Positions 31,365 through 40,999 of a stretch of 64,000 nt of DNA are shown here, one piece after another (position 1 is the first letter of the stretch; the number at the start of each line of letters is the position of its first letter). The stretch comes from Candidatus Hydrogenedentota bacterium. Lineage in GTDB: Bacteria > Hydrogenedentota > Hydrogenedentia > Hydrogenedentales > SLHB01. The stretch covers positions 160,001 to 224,000 of the forward strand of contig CAVUWV010000018.1 of NCBI GenBank assembly GCA_963745075.1, given 5' to 3'. Made by a program: the position numbers and the translations under genes. The notes under the pieces were generated by a model that worked only from the letters and a program-made list of their open reading frames with translations, was not told where the DNA came from and ran no database searches.

Positions 31365-31429
31365 TCTTCTGTTGGGCGGCGTGTCTATGGGGTTTGAGCA
31401 GTGATTTGGGTGCAGGCGGTAACGTAGAA

Positions 31430-33193
31430 ATGGGGGAGCGTGTAATTAAAAAAATACTATGGATCCGGGGATCTAACAAGAGTTTCCCAGCGATGGGCAT
31501 TCTGGCGCTGGCACTTACCGCGGCTCTGGCCATCCTTCCCGCCGCAGCCACTGAACTCAATGAGAGCGATGCGGCCATCGCATCGTCGCTTATCGGAAGT
31601 ATTGAGAACCTCGCGCCGGACGAGACTCCGAGGGTTCGAGTGGACAATCGCGGGGTTGTAACCCACTTCGCCGCGCCGCGAGGACGTTCCATGACCGTAG
31701 AAGGGGCGCTGCCGGACGACGGCAAAGACCAGCGGGCGCTGAAATTCGTCGAAACCCACGCGCAAGCGCTGGGGCTCGCCAGCGACCGTGTCTCCCTGAA
31801 CGTCCACGCCATCACGACGACCCCGGAACGTTCGTATGTGCGCATCCGGCAACAGTACGACGGGATCCCCGTCCACGGCGCGGAAATCGTCATGCAGATC
31901 CAGCCGGATGGCACGGTGAAGTCTTTTCTGGCGGATATCATGACGGAAACCGTCGGCTTGGACGCAGACCCCGCGTCCACCGAACCGGCGCTGGGTGCGT
32001 CCGATGCATCCGGTTACGTCTTGGCCGTCGCCAACAAGCTCCTGCAAAAAGCGCAGGAGGATTACCGGGCGGATATCGCATTCGCGGTTCAATCGGGCGA
32101 AATCGACGCGGAGACGGCACAGGAACACCTCGATAGAGCAAGTGCTTCCGCTGTGGAGTTTTGGGACGATGGCGAACTCCAGATTTACGCCCCGCACTTA
32201 ATCGATGACACCGGCGAAAATGCGCTGGCATGGGCCTTCAAAGTGAAAGACACGGTGGGGATTATGACTCCCGTGCAGGTATTCGTCGACGCAGATAGCG
32301 AGGCGTTGCTTCACCTGCATCCCCTCGCTGCGGACGCCATCAACCGCCGATTGTACGACAACAAGCTGGACGGGGACGCCGGAATCCCTTACGCAGTACT
32401 CCGTCGCACCGAGAACAGCGGACCGGTAACTATCTTCCAGACGATCCATTTCGCCGACTTCAACGCCCATTGGGATATTCTGGGTTACGTGTACGACTAC
32501 TTTGAAGATAATCACGGATGGGATGCCATGGATGGAGTCGGCGGGCCGATATTCTCATACATGAGGTACGACACCATATTCGATGCTTTCTACAATTCGG
32601 AAGATGGTTACATGTGGTTTGGGACGAATGGGTTCGCGGTGTCAGACAACGTCGTGGGTCATGAGTATACACATGGAGTTCTCCACGAATCGGCCGGCCT
32701 CATTTATGATTGGGAATCGGGAGCGATCAACGAATCTTTGGCTGATATGTGGGGCGAGTTTATCGACTGGTCTTGCCCTGTGCTCGGGAACGACGGAGCA
32801 AATAAGAGATGGAAGCTTGCAGAAACGACGGGCTCGGGAGTAATCCGAAACATGAAGAACCCACCCGCAAAAGGTCAGCCAGACACGTACCAAGGGACGA
32901 ACTGGTATTTCCCATTTGATGACAACGACACATTCGTTCACACGAATAGCGGCGTTGGCAATAAGCTTGCCTACCTGCTCACCGATGGTGATACGTTCAA
33001 CGGGTACACAATCAGCGGTATGGGAGAAGGCGTTGTACGAGACCTCTATTGGGAGACTGTGCAACTAATGCCACAAAGCCTTGGGTATAACGATCTCTAT
33101 CAACTGTTGTTGGACGCAGCCGACAATCTCGGGTTCACTACAGCCCAGGTGGACAACGTTCAAAATGCTTGCGAGGCTGTCGAGATCGACTGA
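31430..33193 (+). CDS. Secreted M4 (thermolysin-family) zinc metallopeptidase with propeptide
   Basis: Signal peptide, FTP propeptide (QQYDGIPVHGA), VVGHEYTHGV, ESGAINESLAD, VHTNSGVGNK. Start uncertain (31430 or 31493). Confidence 0.93.
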   Translation: MGERVIKKILWIRGSNKSFPAMGILALALTAALAILPAAATELNESDAAIASSLIGSIENLAPDETPRVRVDNRGVVTHFAAPRGRSMTVEGALPDDGKDQRALKFVETHAQALGLASDRVSLNVHAITTTPERSYVRIRQQYDGIPVHGAEIVMQIQPDGTVKSFLADIMTETVGLDADPASTEPALGASDASGYVLAVANKLLQKAQEDYRADIAFAVQSGEIDAETAQEHLDRASASAVEFWDDGELQIYAPHLIDDTGENALAWAFKVKDTVGIMTPVQVFVDADSEALLHLHPLAADAINRRLYDNKLDGDAGIPYAVLRRTENSGPVTIFQTIHFADFNAHWDILGYVYDYFEDNHGWDAMDGVGGPIFSYMRYDTIFDAFYNSEDGYMWFGTNGFAVSDNVVGHEYTHGVLHESAGLIYDWESGAINESLADMWGEFIDWSCPVLGNDGANKRWKLAETTGSGVIRNMKNPPAKGQPDTYQGTNWYFPFDDNDTFVHTNSGVGNKLAYLLTDGDTFNGYTISGMGEGVVRDLYWETVQLMPQSLGYNDLYQLLLDAADNLGFTTAQVDNVQNACEAVEID

Positions 33194-33279
33194 TCTACGG
33201 GAATCATCCGCCTAAAATGCGTTTACAAGAAAGTGCACCTAGGTAATTCGTCCCCAACCAACCTAGCGGAGTAGTAGCT

Positions 33280-33459
33280 ATGCGAAGAAACAAGACTATG
33301 AACCACATCTTCTTAGTAACGTTTCCCAGACCTGCTGTGTCATTCTGGCAAGGAAACGCGCTCACGCATTTCAAGGAGTGCCATTCGCATCAGAACACGG
33401 TCAGCGGCAAGAAGGAGTGTTACCAAACGTACCAGGCGGAGAAATCCGAAAAGCAGTAA
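33280..33459 (+). CDS. Small two-Cys peptide P1 (59 aa), not in the ORF track
   Basis: GGAG RBS. MRRNKTMNHIFLVTFPRPAVSFWQGNALTHFKECHSHQNTVSGKKECYQTYQAEKSEKQ. Paralogous to P2 and P3. Confidence 0.7.
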   Translation: MRRNKTMNHIFLVTFPRPAVSFWQGNALTHFKECHSHQNTVSGKKECYQTYQAEKSEKQ

Positions 33460-33491
33460 CAGGGATTCGTGTAATAGGTGAGGTAGGAGTT

Positions 33492-33668
33492 ATGCGCAGA
33501 ATCAAGTCTATCAGCCGCACCCCGTTTGCGAGTTCAATTCCTGCGGCAGCATTTCGGCAGCCGCAACCATGGGAATACTTGTTAGGCTGTCTAGCCAATC
33601 CAATAGTGTGGGTAATTGGAATAAAGCGATGTTACCGTTACCAGCGTGATTTACCATTGCAATACTGA
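33492..33668 (+). CDS. Small two-Cys peptide P2 (58 aa)
   Basis: GAGGTAGGAG RBS. MRRIKSISRTPFASSIPAAAFRQPQPWEYLLGCLANPIVWVIGIKRCYRYQRDLPLQY (internal start of track ORF 33378..33668). Confidence 0.75.
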   Translation: MRRIKSISRTPFASSIPAAAFRQPQPWEYLLGCLANPIVWVIGIKRCYRYQRDLPLQY

Positions 33669-33754
33669 TAAGCGCAGGGATCCAAACTGTCGGCCGATCA
33701 ATCGTACGCCGTGCGACGGATGGGGGTGCGGACAAAACGGATGAGGTATCACTG

Positions 33755-33913
33755 ATGCGTCGAATCAAACGATTAAGCCGGGTTCCCTTCGTCGATCCAT
33801 CGCTCCCGGCACCAGCGATTCAAGCGGAAACCCCGAAGGAGCGGTACAAGACCTGTGAAGACGAACAAACGTCGTTGACTGGCAAGGCCGCCTGCTACCG
33901 CACGTTCGTATAG
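33755..33913 (+). CDS. Small two-Cys peptide P3 (52 aa), not in the ORF track
   Basis: GAGGT RBS. MRRIKRLSRVPFVDPSLPAPAIQAETPKERYKTCEDEQTSLTGKAACYRTFV. Confidence 0.75.
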   Translation: MRRIKRLSRVPFVDPSLPAPAIQAETPKERYKTCEDEQTSLTGKAACYRTFV

Positions 33914-33966
33914 GAGAAAAGCTGGCGGAAAAGTAGCGCGACCTCGCATTGAGAATTCTGGGGTCC

Positions 33967-36591
33967 TCACGCGGTCAGTTCGCGGGTCTTGCGGACGATG
34001 TAGCTGGACAGGGCGCGGCGGAGCCAGGCGATGCGTCCTTCGGCCAGGGCGGTGCGCATTCGTGGTTCCAGCCGATCCGATCCGGGAACCAGTCTGTTTT
34101 CGTAACGCAGTATTTGGAAATTGGCGAATGCCTGCTTCGTTATCTCCGTGATGGACTGGACAACATCGGCGGGCGGCGTTGCAGTAAACGAGTCGATGGT
34201 CACTTCCGGCGGCATGGTAAAGGACCGGAGTTCGTACGGACCGAGCGTGATTCGCCAAGTCTGCGGCGCGTCGGTATTGGCGTTCGCGGCGAAATCGTGG
34301 ACGTTTCCCGGGGGATTTCCGAAGCGAATCTCGATGTCGACCGAATAGTATTCGCGATTGATTGCGTACAGGTAGCGTTGGTTCTCGTGCATCAAGGTGC
34401 GCACGGCCACGGGGTCGGACGTTGGGCCGACGGTATCGAACTTCTTCGCGGGCAAGGCACGGTACGCGAGGGCAAACCGCTGCAAGTCCGCCGTGTGGGC
34501 CTTATCGAGGAACAGACCGCCCCGGGTGATGCGGCAGGCGTCGAGTTCGGCGACCGCGTGGGCATAGGGCTCCATGAAATGCACGCCTACCGGGAACGGC
34601 GGCGTGATGCGGGACTGGGAATCCCACCAGAATCCGTCCGCCGGATACTCGGAATTGACGCGGAGAATGCCTTCGGCGGGTTTCCCGTCCATGACCGCCA
34701 GGGCCTCGGCGTTGGAATCGCCGGGTTCGGGACGGGACCACACATGTTTCCCCCACGCTTCCACCCAGCAATTGAAGATGAACGCGCCGGGACGCGGCAA
34801 CGCGCCGGCGGCATCGAGCGTGTCCTGGTCGAGGAAGTCGAAATCGCGGAACATGCAGCCCTCTTCGACAGGCCGGTTGGCGCCACCGGTGGGATGAGGC
34901 CCATGGCCGCCGCGGTCGCGGGAATTGCCCATCCCGAGATCGATTTCCAATCCTGGCTCGTCGTTGTACAGCGCCAAGTCGATGCCGGCTTCCCGGTACA
35001 AGTCTCGGTTGCTTTCGCGGGCGGAAATCTGGTGGCCGGCCGAGGTCTGGCCGAGCACGCCGGGGATGAAGGTCTCATCCCACAACGTGACCGTCACGCG
35101 GAGATCGGAACGTGACTCGGCCAAGGTCTGACGAATCAGGCCGAAGAATTCCCGGATCTTCTTGCAGCGCCACGCGATCCACGCCGGGCCGCACACGGTC
35201 GTGAGATAGTCGTAGCGGCGGGCGAACCGGTCGGGCGCCTTCGGGTCAACGGGCACGGCGATGCTGCTTTCCTTTTCGAACAGGCCGACCGTGTAGTCGT
35301 CGTATCCCACGCGAATCGAGCCGAACCACGGCATGGCCGATGCGAACATGTTGAACGAGATGCCTTTGAATGCGGAGAACTTTCCGTAGCGCCGGCCAAT
35401 CTCGCGCATGAATCGCAGGATGACGTCCTGCACGGTGGGATGAAGCGGATTGAACATGGGCTTCATGCCGCTGGACTGACCGGGGTTTTCACCGTAGGCA
35501 AAGTTCGGCAAAGCGCCGCCATAGGGTTCGATAAAGGGTTTGTCATTCAGAATTTCGGCGAGGGTGTTGAAATTGCGCACGTTGTACAGCGGCGTCCAGT
35601 CTCCAGTACTCCCCTGGACCTGGTTGTTCCAGAGCATGTTGTTGTACGTATCCGCGCCGGCCTTGATGGCCTCGATATCAGTATTCATGTTCTGCAACAG
35701 CGTGCCCAGGCGCATCAGGGTCAAGGCGCCCTGGAACTCCAGACCTTCCTTCGTGAAACGTTCGAGCAGGTCCGCATACCAGTCCGCGGGCTGGGTCGTC
35801 CAGCGCAGGTACACCTTGCGGTCGCGTGCGATCACCAGGTCCAACCCGCCGGAGGGTTCACGCTCGGACGGGAATTGCGGACCGTGATACCACGCCATGG
35901 GATAGACGAGCAGGCCTTGTCCGCTGTGCCGGGCGTAGGTGACGATGCGGTCGATCCACTCGGCGTGGCTCATTGCGCCTTCCGCCGCTCCGGTGCCGCA
36001 GGGGTCCTCGTACTGAATGCCCAACTCGCGCCGCCCCACGGATGGGCCGGTCACGGCGACGGGTGGCAAATCGTCTAACTCGTAGATCTCGATATTGGAC
36101 ACGGCGGCGGGTTCCCCCTCGCCCCAGGTCATGAAGACGATGCTGCAATCGTTCCAGCGCGGCCAGAAGACTTGCTGGATGTCGAGCATCTCACCGGAAA
36201 GCGGCTGCGCCCAATTGGTGAAGGCGCCGGTGGTGAGGTCGTAGCTCGTGCCATCCATCATGCACATGAACCGGCGCTTGTCATCGGGAAACCGGACGAG
36301 CGCGAGGTGCGGTTTGCCCGGGTTGTCGATGGGAAACCGGTACCCAAACCGGGCCATGGGATTCGGTTCGGTTTCGCGGTAGCGTCCCGCTGCGGTTTCA
36401 ACGACGTGGGTTTCACCGAAGGCGAAGAACGTGTCGGGCGAGTAGTCCTGGGTGCAGTCGATGGTGTGCAGCAGGCGTCTTCCCGTGGCATCCGGGGCAG
36501 CCGTCTCGCCACGCGCCGCAAACAACGAGATTCCAAGGCCCGCACCGGCGGCACCCACCAGAAACGCGCGCCGTGACAAGTCGCCAGCCAT
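33967..36591 (-). CDS. Large Tat-exported protein, possibly glycoside hydrolase-like (GHL10-like TIM barrel)
   Basis: Twin-arginine signal SRRAFLVG, FNPLHPTVQ, GYDDYTV.LF, WIAWRC.KI. Confidence 0.7.
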   Translation of the reverse strand: MAGDLSRRAFLVGAAGAGLGISLFAARGETAAPDATGRRLLHTIDCTQDYSPDTFFAFGETHVVETAAGRYRETEPNPMARFGYRFPIDNPGKPHLALVRFPDDKRRFMCMMDGTSYDLTTGAFTNWAQPLSGEMLDIQQVFWPRWNDCSIVFMTWGEGEPAAVSNIEIYELDDLPPVAVTGPSVGRRELGIQYEDPCGTGAAEGAMSHAEWIDRIVTYARHSGQGLLVYPMAWYHGPQFPSEREPSGGLDLVIARDRKVYLRWTTQPADWYADLLERFTKEGLEFQGALTLMRLGTLLQNMNTDIEAIKAGADTYNNMLWNNQVQGSTGDWTPLYNVRNFNTLAEILNDKPFIEPYGGALPNFAYGENPGQSSGMKPMFNPLHPTVQDVILRFMREIGRRYGKFSAFKGISFNMFASAMPWFGSIRVGYDDYTVGLFEKESSIAVPVDPKAPDRFARRYDYLTTVCGPAWIAWRCKKIREFFGLIRQTLAESRSDLRVTVTLWDETFIPGVLGQTSAGHQISARESNRDLYREAGIDLALYNDEPGLEIDLGMGNSRDRGGHGPHPTGGANRPVEEGCMFRDFDFLDQDTLDAAGALPRPGAFIFNCWVEAWGKHVWSRPEPGDSNAEALAVMDGKPAEGILRVNSEYPADGFWWDSQSRITPPFPVGVHFMEPYAHAVAELDACRITRGGLFLDKAHTADLQRFALAYRALPAKKFDTVGPTSDPVAVRTLMHENQRYLYAINREYYSVDIEIRFGNPPGNVHDFAANANTDAPQTWRITLGPYELRSFTMPPEVTIDSFTATPPADVVQSITEITKQAFANFQILRYENRLVPGSDRLEPRMRTALAEGRIAWLRRALSSYIVRKTRELTA

Positions 36592-36774
36592 ATCAGTCTC
36601 CCCCATCTGCGAATACGTCCCGTGATTTGCGGCTTTACTCAATCGAAGTAAGGTGCAGCATACGACTTCATTCACCGCGCGCACAACACGACATCGAACA
36701 TCGCCGGACCCGCGTTGACCGGCGTCCGTTTCGGCAAGTACACTATACGAGGGTCACTTCAAAGGAGATGCATC

Positions 36775-37986
36775 ATGTCCACCGTATCGACGTCGCCACT
36801 TGCGCTAAAAGGGGGTCAACCCGTCCGTCCTGCCGAGAAAGCCTGGCCGTCCTGGCCGGTTTTTGACGATTTGGAGCGGAAAGCCGTAATGGAGGTGCTG
36901 GAGAGCGGGAAATGGTTCCTGAGCGAGCGTATCGCCCGGTTCGAAAAAGAGTATGCGGCGTTTCAGGATGCGAAGTTCTGCGTGGCCGTGAACAGCGGCA
37001 CGTCGGCGCTCGAGATCATGTTGCAGGCGCTGGGCGTGGGTCCCGGCGATGAAGTGATTGTGCCGCCGTATACCTTTATCGCGACGGCGAGCGCGGTCCT
37101 GCGCGTCGGCGCGGAAGTGACGTTTGTGGATGTGGACGAATCCTGGAACCTGAACCCGGATCTCATCGAAGCCGCCATTACCAAACGTACCAAAGCAATT
37201 CTCCCCGTGCACTTCGCCAGCGCGGTGGCGGACATGGATCGCATCAATGCCATCGCGGCAAAGCGCGGCATCGCCGTAATTGAAGACGCGTGCCATTCCT
37301 GGGGCTCGAAGTGGAAGGACAAGGGCACGGGCGCCCTGGGCAAAGGCGGTGCGTTCAGTTTCCAGATGTCGAAGAACATCACGGCCGGTGAAGGCGGCGT
37401 GATTACAACGGACGATGAAGACTTCGCCGATCTGTGCCGTTCGATCTCGAACTGCGGACGCCACAAGGGCGCGGCGTGGTACGAGCACACGGAAGTGGGT
37501 ACGAATGCCCGCATGGGCGAATTTGCCGCGGCCATTCTGAGCGCACAGCTCACGCGCCTGGAAGCGCAGACCTTGCTTCGCGAGAAGAACGGTGCGTTTC
37601 TAAACGAACGCCTTGGCGCGATCGACGGCATTACGCCGCAACCGGACGACGATCGCATGACGCGACGGGCGTACCACCTCTACGGCATGAAGATCGACCC
37701 CGAGAAGTTCGGGTGTTCGCGCGACCAGATCGTCGAGGCCGCGAAGGCCGAAGGGCTGCCCTGCGGCGGCGGCTATGTTCGTCCGCTGCACAAACAACCG
37801 GTCTTCCTGAACCGCAAGAGCGGGCCGGACTACAGCAAGGTGTCGTGTCCGGTCGCGGAAGACATGTGCGATCGCAGCGTGCTCTGGTTTACCCACCCGC
37901 TTCTGCTCGGCACGGAGCAGGATATGCAGGATATCGTCGACATCTTCACGAAGATCAAGGAACATGCGACGGAGTTGGCGGAGTAA
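36775..37986 (+). CDS. DegT/DnrJ/EryC1/StrS family PLP aminotransferase
   Basis: VNSGTSAL, GDEVIVPPYTFIATA, IEDACH, FSFQMSKNITAGEGG. Confidence 0.93.
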   Translation: MSTVSTSPLALKGGQPVRPAEKAWPSWPVFDDLERKAVMEVLESGKWFLSERIARFEKEYAAFQDAKFCVAVNSGTSALEIMLQALGVGPGDEVIVPPYTFIATASAVLRVGAEVTFVDVDESWNLNPDLIEAAITKRTKAILPVHFASAVADMDRINAIAAKRGIAVIEDACHSWGSKWKDKGTGALGKGGAFSFQMSKNITAGEGGVITTDDEDFADLCRSISNCGRHKGAAWYEHTEVGTNARMGEFAAAILSAQLTRLEAQTLLREKNGAFLNERLGAIDGITPQPDDDRMTRRAYHLYGMKIDPEKFGCSRDQIVEAAKAEGLPCGGGYVRPLHKQPVFLNRKSGPDYSKVSCPVAEDMCDRSVLWFTHPLLLGTEQDMQDIVDIFTKIKEHATELAE

Positions 37987-37997
37987 AATCCCAAATT

Positions 37998-38135
37998 CGA
38001 AGCACGAAATTCGAAATCCGAAACAAATTCGAATGACCAAATGTACAAAACAATAGCCTGCAGCGAATAGGTGAGTTTCGGTCATTCTGATTTCGGTCAT
38101 TCAGATTTGTTTCGGATCTCGATATTCGGATTTCG
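37998..38135. repeat. AT-rich imperfect inverted repeat built from CGAAAT(T/C)-like heptamers
   Basis: Left arm cgaagcacgaaattcgaaatccgaaacaaattcgaatgaccaaat pairs with right arm atttcggtcattcagatttgtttcggatctcgatattcggatttcg. Confidence 0.8.
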
Positions 38136-38170
38136 GGTGAGGTGGAATCTCAACCTCATGAGGGGGCTTC

Positions 38171-40999
38171 ATGTCGTACATCGCAACTGTTGCGGTGGTC
38201 TCTCTGGCGATCGGCGCACAACTGCCGGAAGGTAATACCTTCACAAACTCCATCGGGATGGAGTTCGTGCGGATCGAGGCCGGGTCGTTCGACATGGGGT
38301 TCGACGGGACCTTGCCCGAAGACGTGGCGGGGCGGTCCTGGCGAACATCGGGAGACGCGGATGAGCGGCCGGTCCATCGGGTGACCGTCTCTCGACCGTT
38401 CTTCATGGGCGCTGTCGAGGTCACGAACGCACAGTACGAGGAATTTGCACCGGATCACAAGGCATTGCGCGGCAAGCTGGGATTTTCCGCGGACGACGAT
38501 GAAGCAGTCGTCTTCGTGTCTTGGCAGGAAGCGGCCGCGTTTTGCGAATGGCTTTCGAAGAAGGAGGGGCTCCCCTACCGGCTTCCGACGGAAGCGGAAT
38601 GGGAGTATGCCTGCCGGGCCGGGACGACGACGTTTTACAACACCGGCGATACGCTTCCCGCCGAGTATCTGCAAAACGCCGGCATGTCCTGGTATCCCGA
38701 TCCCGTGCGGTCAGTCGACGAGCCCAAGATCACCCTGCACGTCGGGAAAACGCCGCCTAATGCGTGGGGTCTCCACGACATGCACGGCAATGTCGAGGAG
38801 TGGTGTTTCGACTGGTACGGGCCCTACGCGGAGGGCCCGCAGACCGATCCCGTGGGCCGGGCAGAGGGTGATTTCCGCGTTGCCCGCGGGGGCAGTCATT
38901 CGACCGAACCCTACTACCTGCGGTCGGCAAACCGTAGCGGAACCTTGCCCGGGGATCGGAACTGGGTGATCGGGTTTCGCGTCGCGCTCGGAGAACTGCC
39001 CGCGACAACGCCGCTCCCGTCCGTGCCGCCCAAGCGTTGGCAAGAAGACGTAACGGCCCAGCGGTCAGCAGTCTCGACCGACCCGGACACGCCGTACTTC
39101 AGCGGCCCGCAGCAATACGTCCACATTTCGGCCGATGCGAGCGGCCCCATTTTCGCGCATCACAACCATTGTCCAGCTTTGGTGGAATGTCCGAACGGCG
39201 ACCTGCTTGCCATCTGGTACTCGTGCATAGAAGAACCGGGGCGGGAGTTGTGTATCGTGGCGAGCCGATTGCGAGCCGGGCAGGAGGAGTGGGATGAGGC
39301 GGACTTGTTTTGGGATGCACCGGATCGCAACGATCACGCGTCGGCCTTGTGGTTCGACGGGGACCAGACGCTCTATCACTTCAACGGCCTGAGCGTGGCG
39401 GCCACATGGGGCAACCTGGCAACCGTCATGCGCACTTCGACGGACAACGGCGTCACGTGGTCAAAAGCAAAACTCATCAATCCCGAACACGGATTGCGGC
39501 ACATGCCCATCGAATCGGTATTTCGCACCCAGGAAGGGGCGATTCTTCTGCCGTGCGATGCCGTAACCGGCGGCAATGGCGGGACCGCGATTCATCTCAG
39601 CTACGACAACGGCGCAACCTGGACCGATCCGGGTGGCACCATTGCGGGCATTCACGCGGGCGTGGTCCAGTTGCGTGACGGACGGCTGATGGCCCTGGGA
39701 CGTGGTGATACCATCGACGGACGCATGCCGAAAAGTATCTCGGAGGATATAGGAAAAACGTGGAAGGTCACGCCTTCGGATTTTCCACCCATCGGCGGCG
39801 GGCAACGGCTGGTCTTAACGCGCTTGCAAGAAGGTCCGCTCTTCTTTGCGTCGTTCGCGCAGGAAGTACCGTTCACCGACGCGACGGGCGCCGAGCGGAC
39901 CGGTACCGGCCTGTTCGGCGCGCTGTCTTTCGACGACGGTGAGACGTGGCCCATTCGACGCCTCATCACGAACGACGGCGCGGGCCGGCAGGTGGAAACG
40001 ACGGATGGCGCGTTGTTTCTCATGGATGGCGACCACGCAGAGCCGAGGGGCTATTTCTCGGTGTGCCAAGGCGACGACGGACGGATTCATCTCATTGGCA
40101 GCAGGCAGCATTACGTGTTTAACCTCGCCTGGCTCAAGACGCCCCCTCCCCCACCCTTTCTCGACAACGGCGTGACCGCCCATCGCGGCGATTCGCTGGC
40201 GTATCCGGAAAACACATGCCTGCCTTTGAAAGCGCTATCGCGTTGGGCGCGGACTGGATCGAATGCGATGTGTATCGGACGACCGACGGCAAGCTGGTGG
40301 TGATCCACGACGAAACGACGGGGCGCGTGGGGAACGCGGATGTCGTCGTCGCGGAGTCGACGTACGATGAGCTTCGAAAGATCGACGTGGCTGACGCGTT
40401 CCGGCACGAGCGCGGACTTTCGGAGAATGACTGTCCGCCGGTGACGATACCACTCTTATCGGACGTCATTGCTCTTGTGCGGAGACAGCACCGCACCCGA
40501 CTGTCCATCCAGCCGAAGGCGAATGTGGTGGACGAGGTGATTGCGTTGGTGAAGACCATGCATGCGGAGCCGTGGGTCGGGTTCAACGACGGCGACCTCG
40601 CAAAGATGTCGCGCGTGAAGGAACTTGCCCCCGCTATCCCCGTCTTCTGGGATCGGCCGGAGGATTTCGATGTGGCCCGGGATATCGATATCGCTAAGGA
40701 ACGCGGATTCGAGACGCTCGTCGTGCAATTCAAGGGAATCACGCCAGAAGTCGTGTCGGCCATTCGTGAAGCCGGCCTCGAAGCCGGCGCGTGGACCGTA
40801 AACGATGAGGCTGACACTCGCACACCTGAATGAACTCGGCGTGAGACGAATTTACACGGACGTTCCGGCGACGCTGTTGAAAATTGCGCGACAGCGAATA
40901 ATGAGCCGTATATCGATCATCGGGGTACCTGCCCCGACCGATCTACGATTACGATTACGATTACGATTACGATGGGAAACCGCCAAGCTACCTCGCTGA
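38171..40999 (+). CDS. Secreted multidomain protein: FGE/SUMF1 domain + BNR/sialidase propeller + glycerophosphodiester phosphodiesterase; frameshifts near 40215 and 40815, true stop uncertain
   Basis: RLPTEAEWEYACRAG, NAWGLHDMHGNVEEW; Asp-boxes STDNGVTW, SYDNGATW, SEDIGKTW, SFDDGETW; AHRG..PENT/MPAF..IECDV..DGKLVVIHD; WTVND..LGV..IYTD.P. Confidence 0.8.
40944..40973. repeat. Hexamer microsatellite (TACGAT)x5
   Basis: Five perfect units where two convergent genes meet. Confidence 0.9.

Noticed and set aside
31211..31429. N-terminal GPTT-repeat extension of the M4 peptidase
   Set aside because: Lies upstream of the signal peptide and spans the putative promoter, so it is probably untranslated.
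33777..33814. GCCGGG...CCCGGCACCA resembling a tRNA acceptor stem or attachment-site remnant
   Set aside because: Only 38 nt, with no T-loop (GTTCGA) or other arms, and it lies inside the coding frame of peptide P3.
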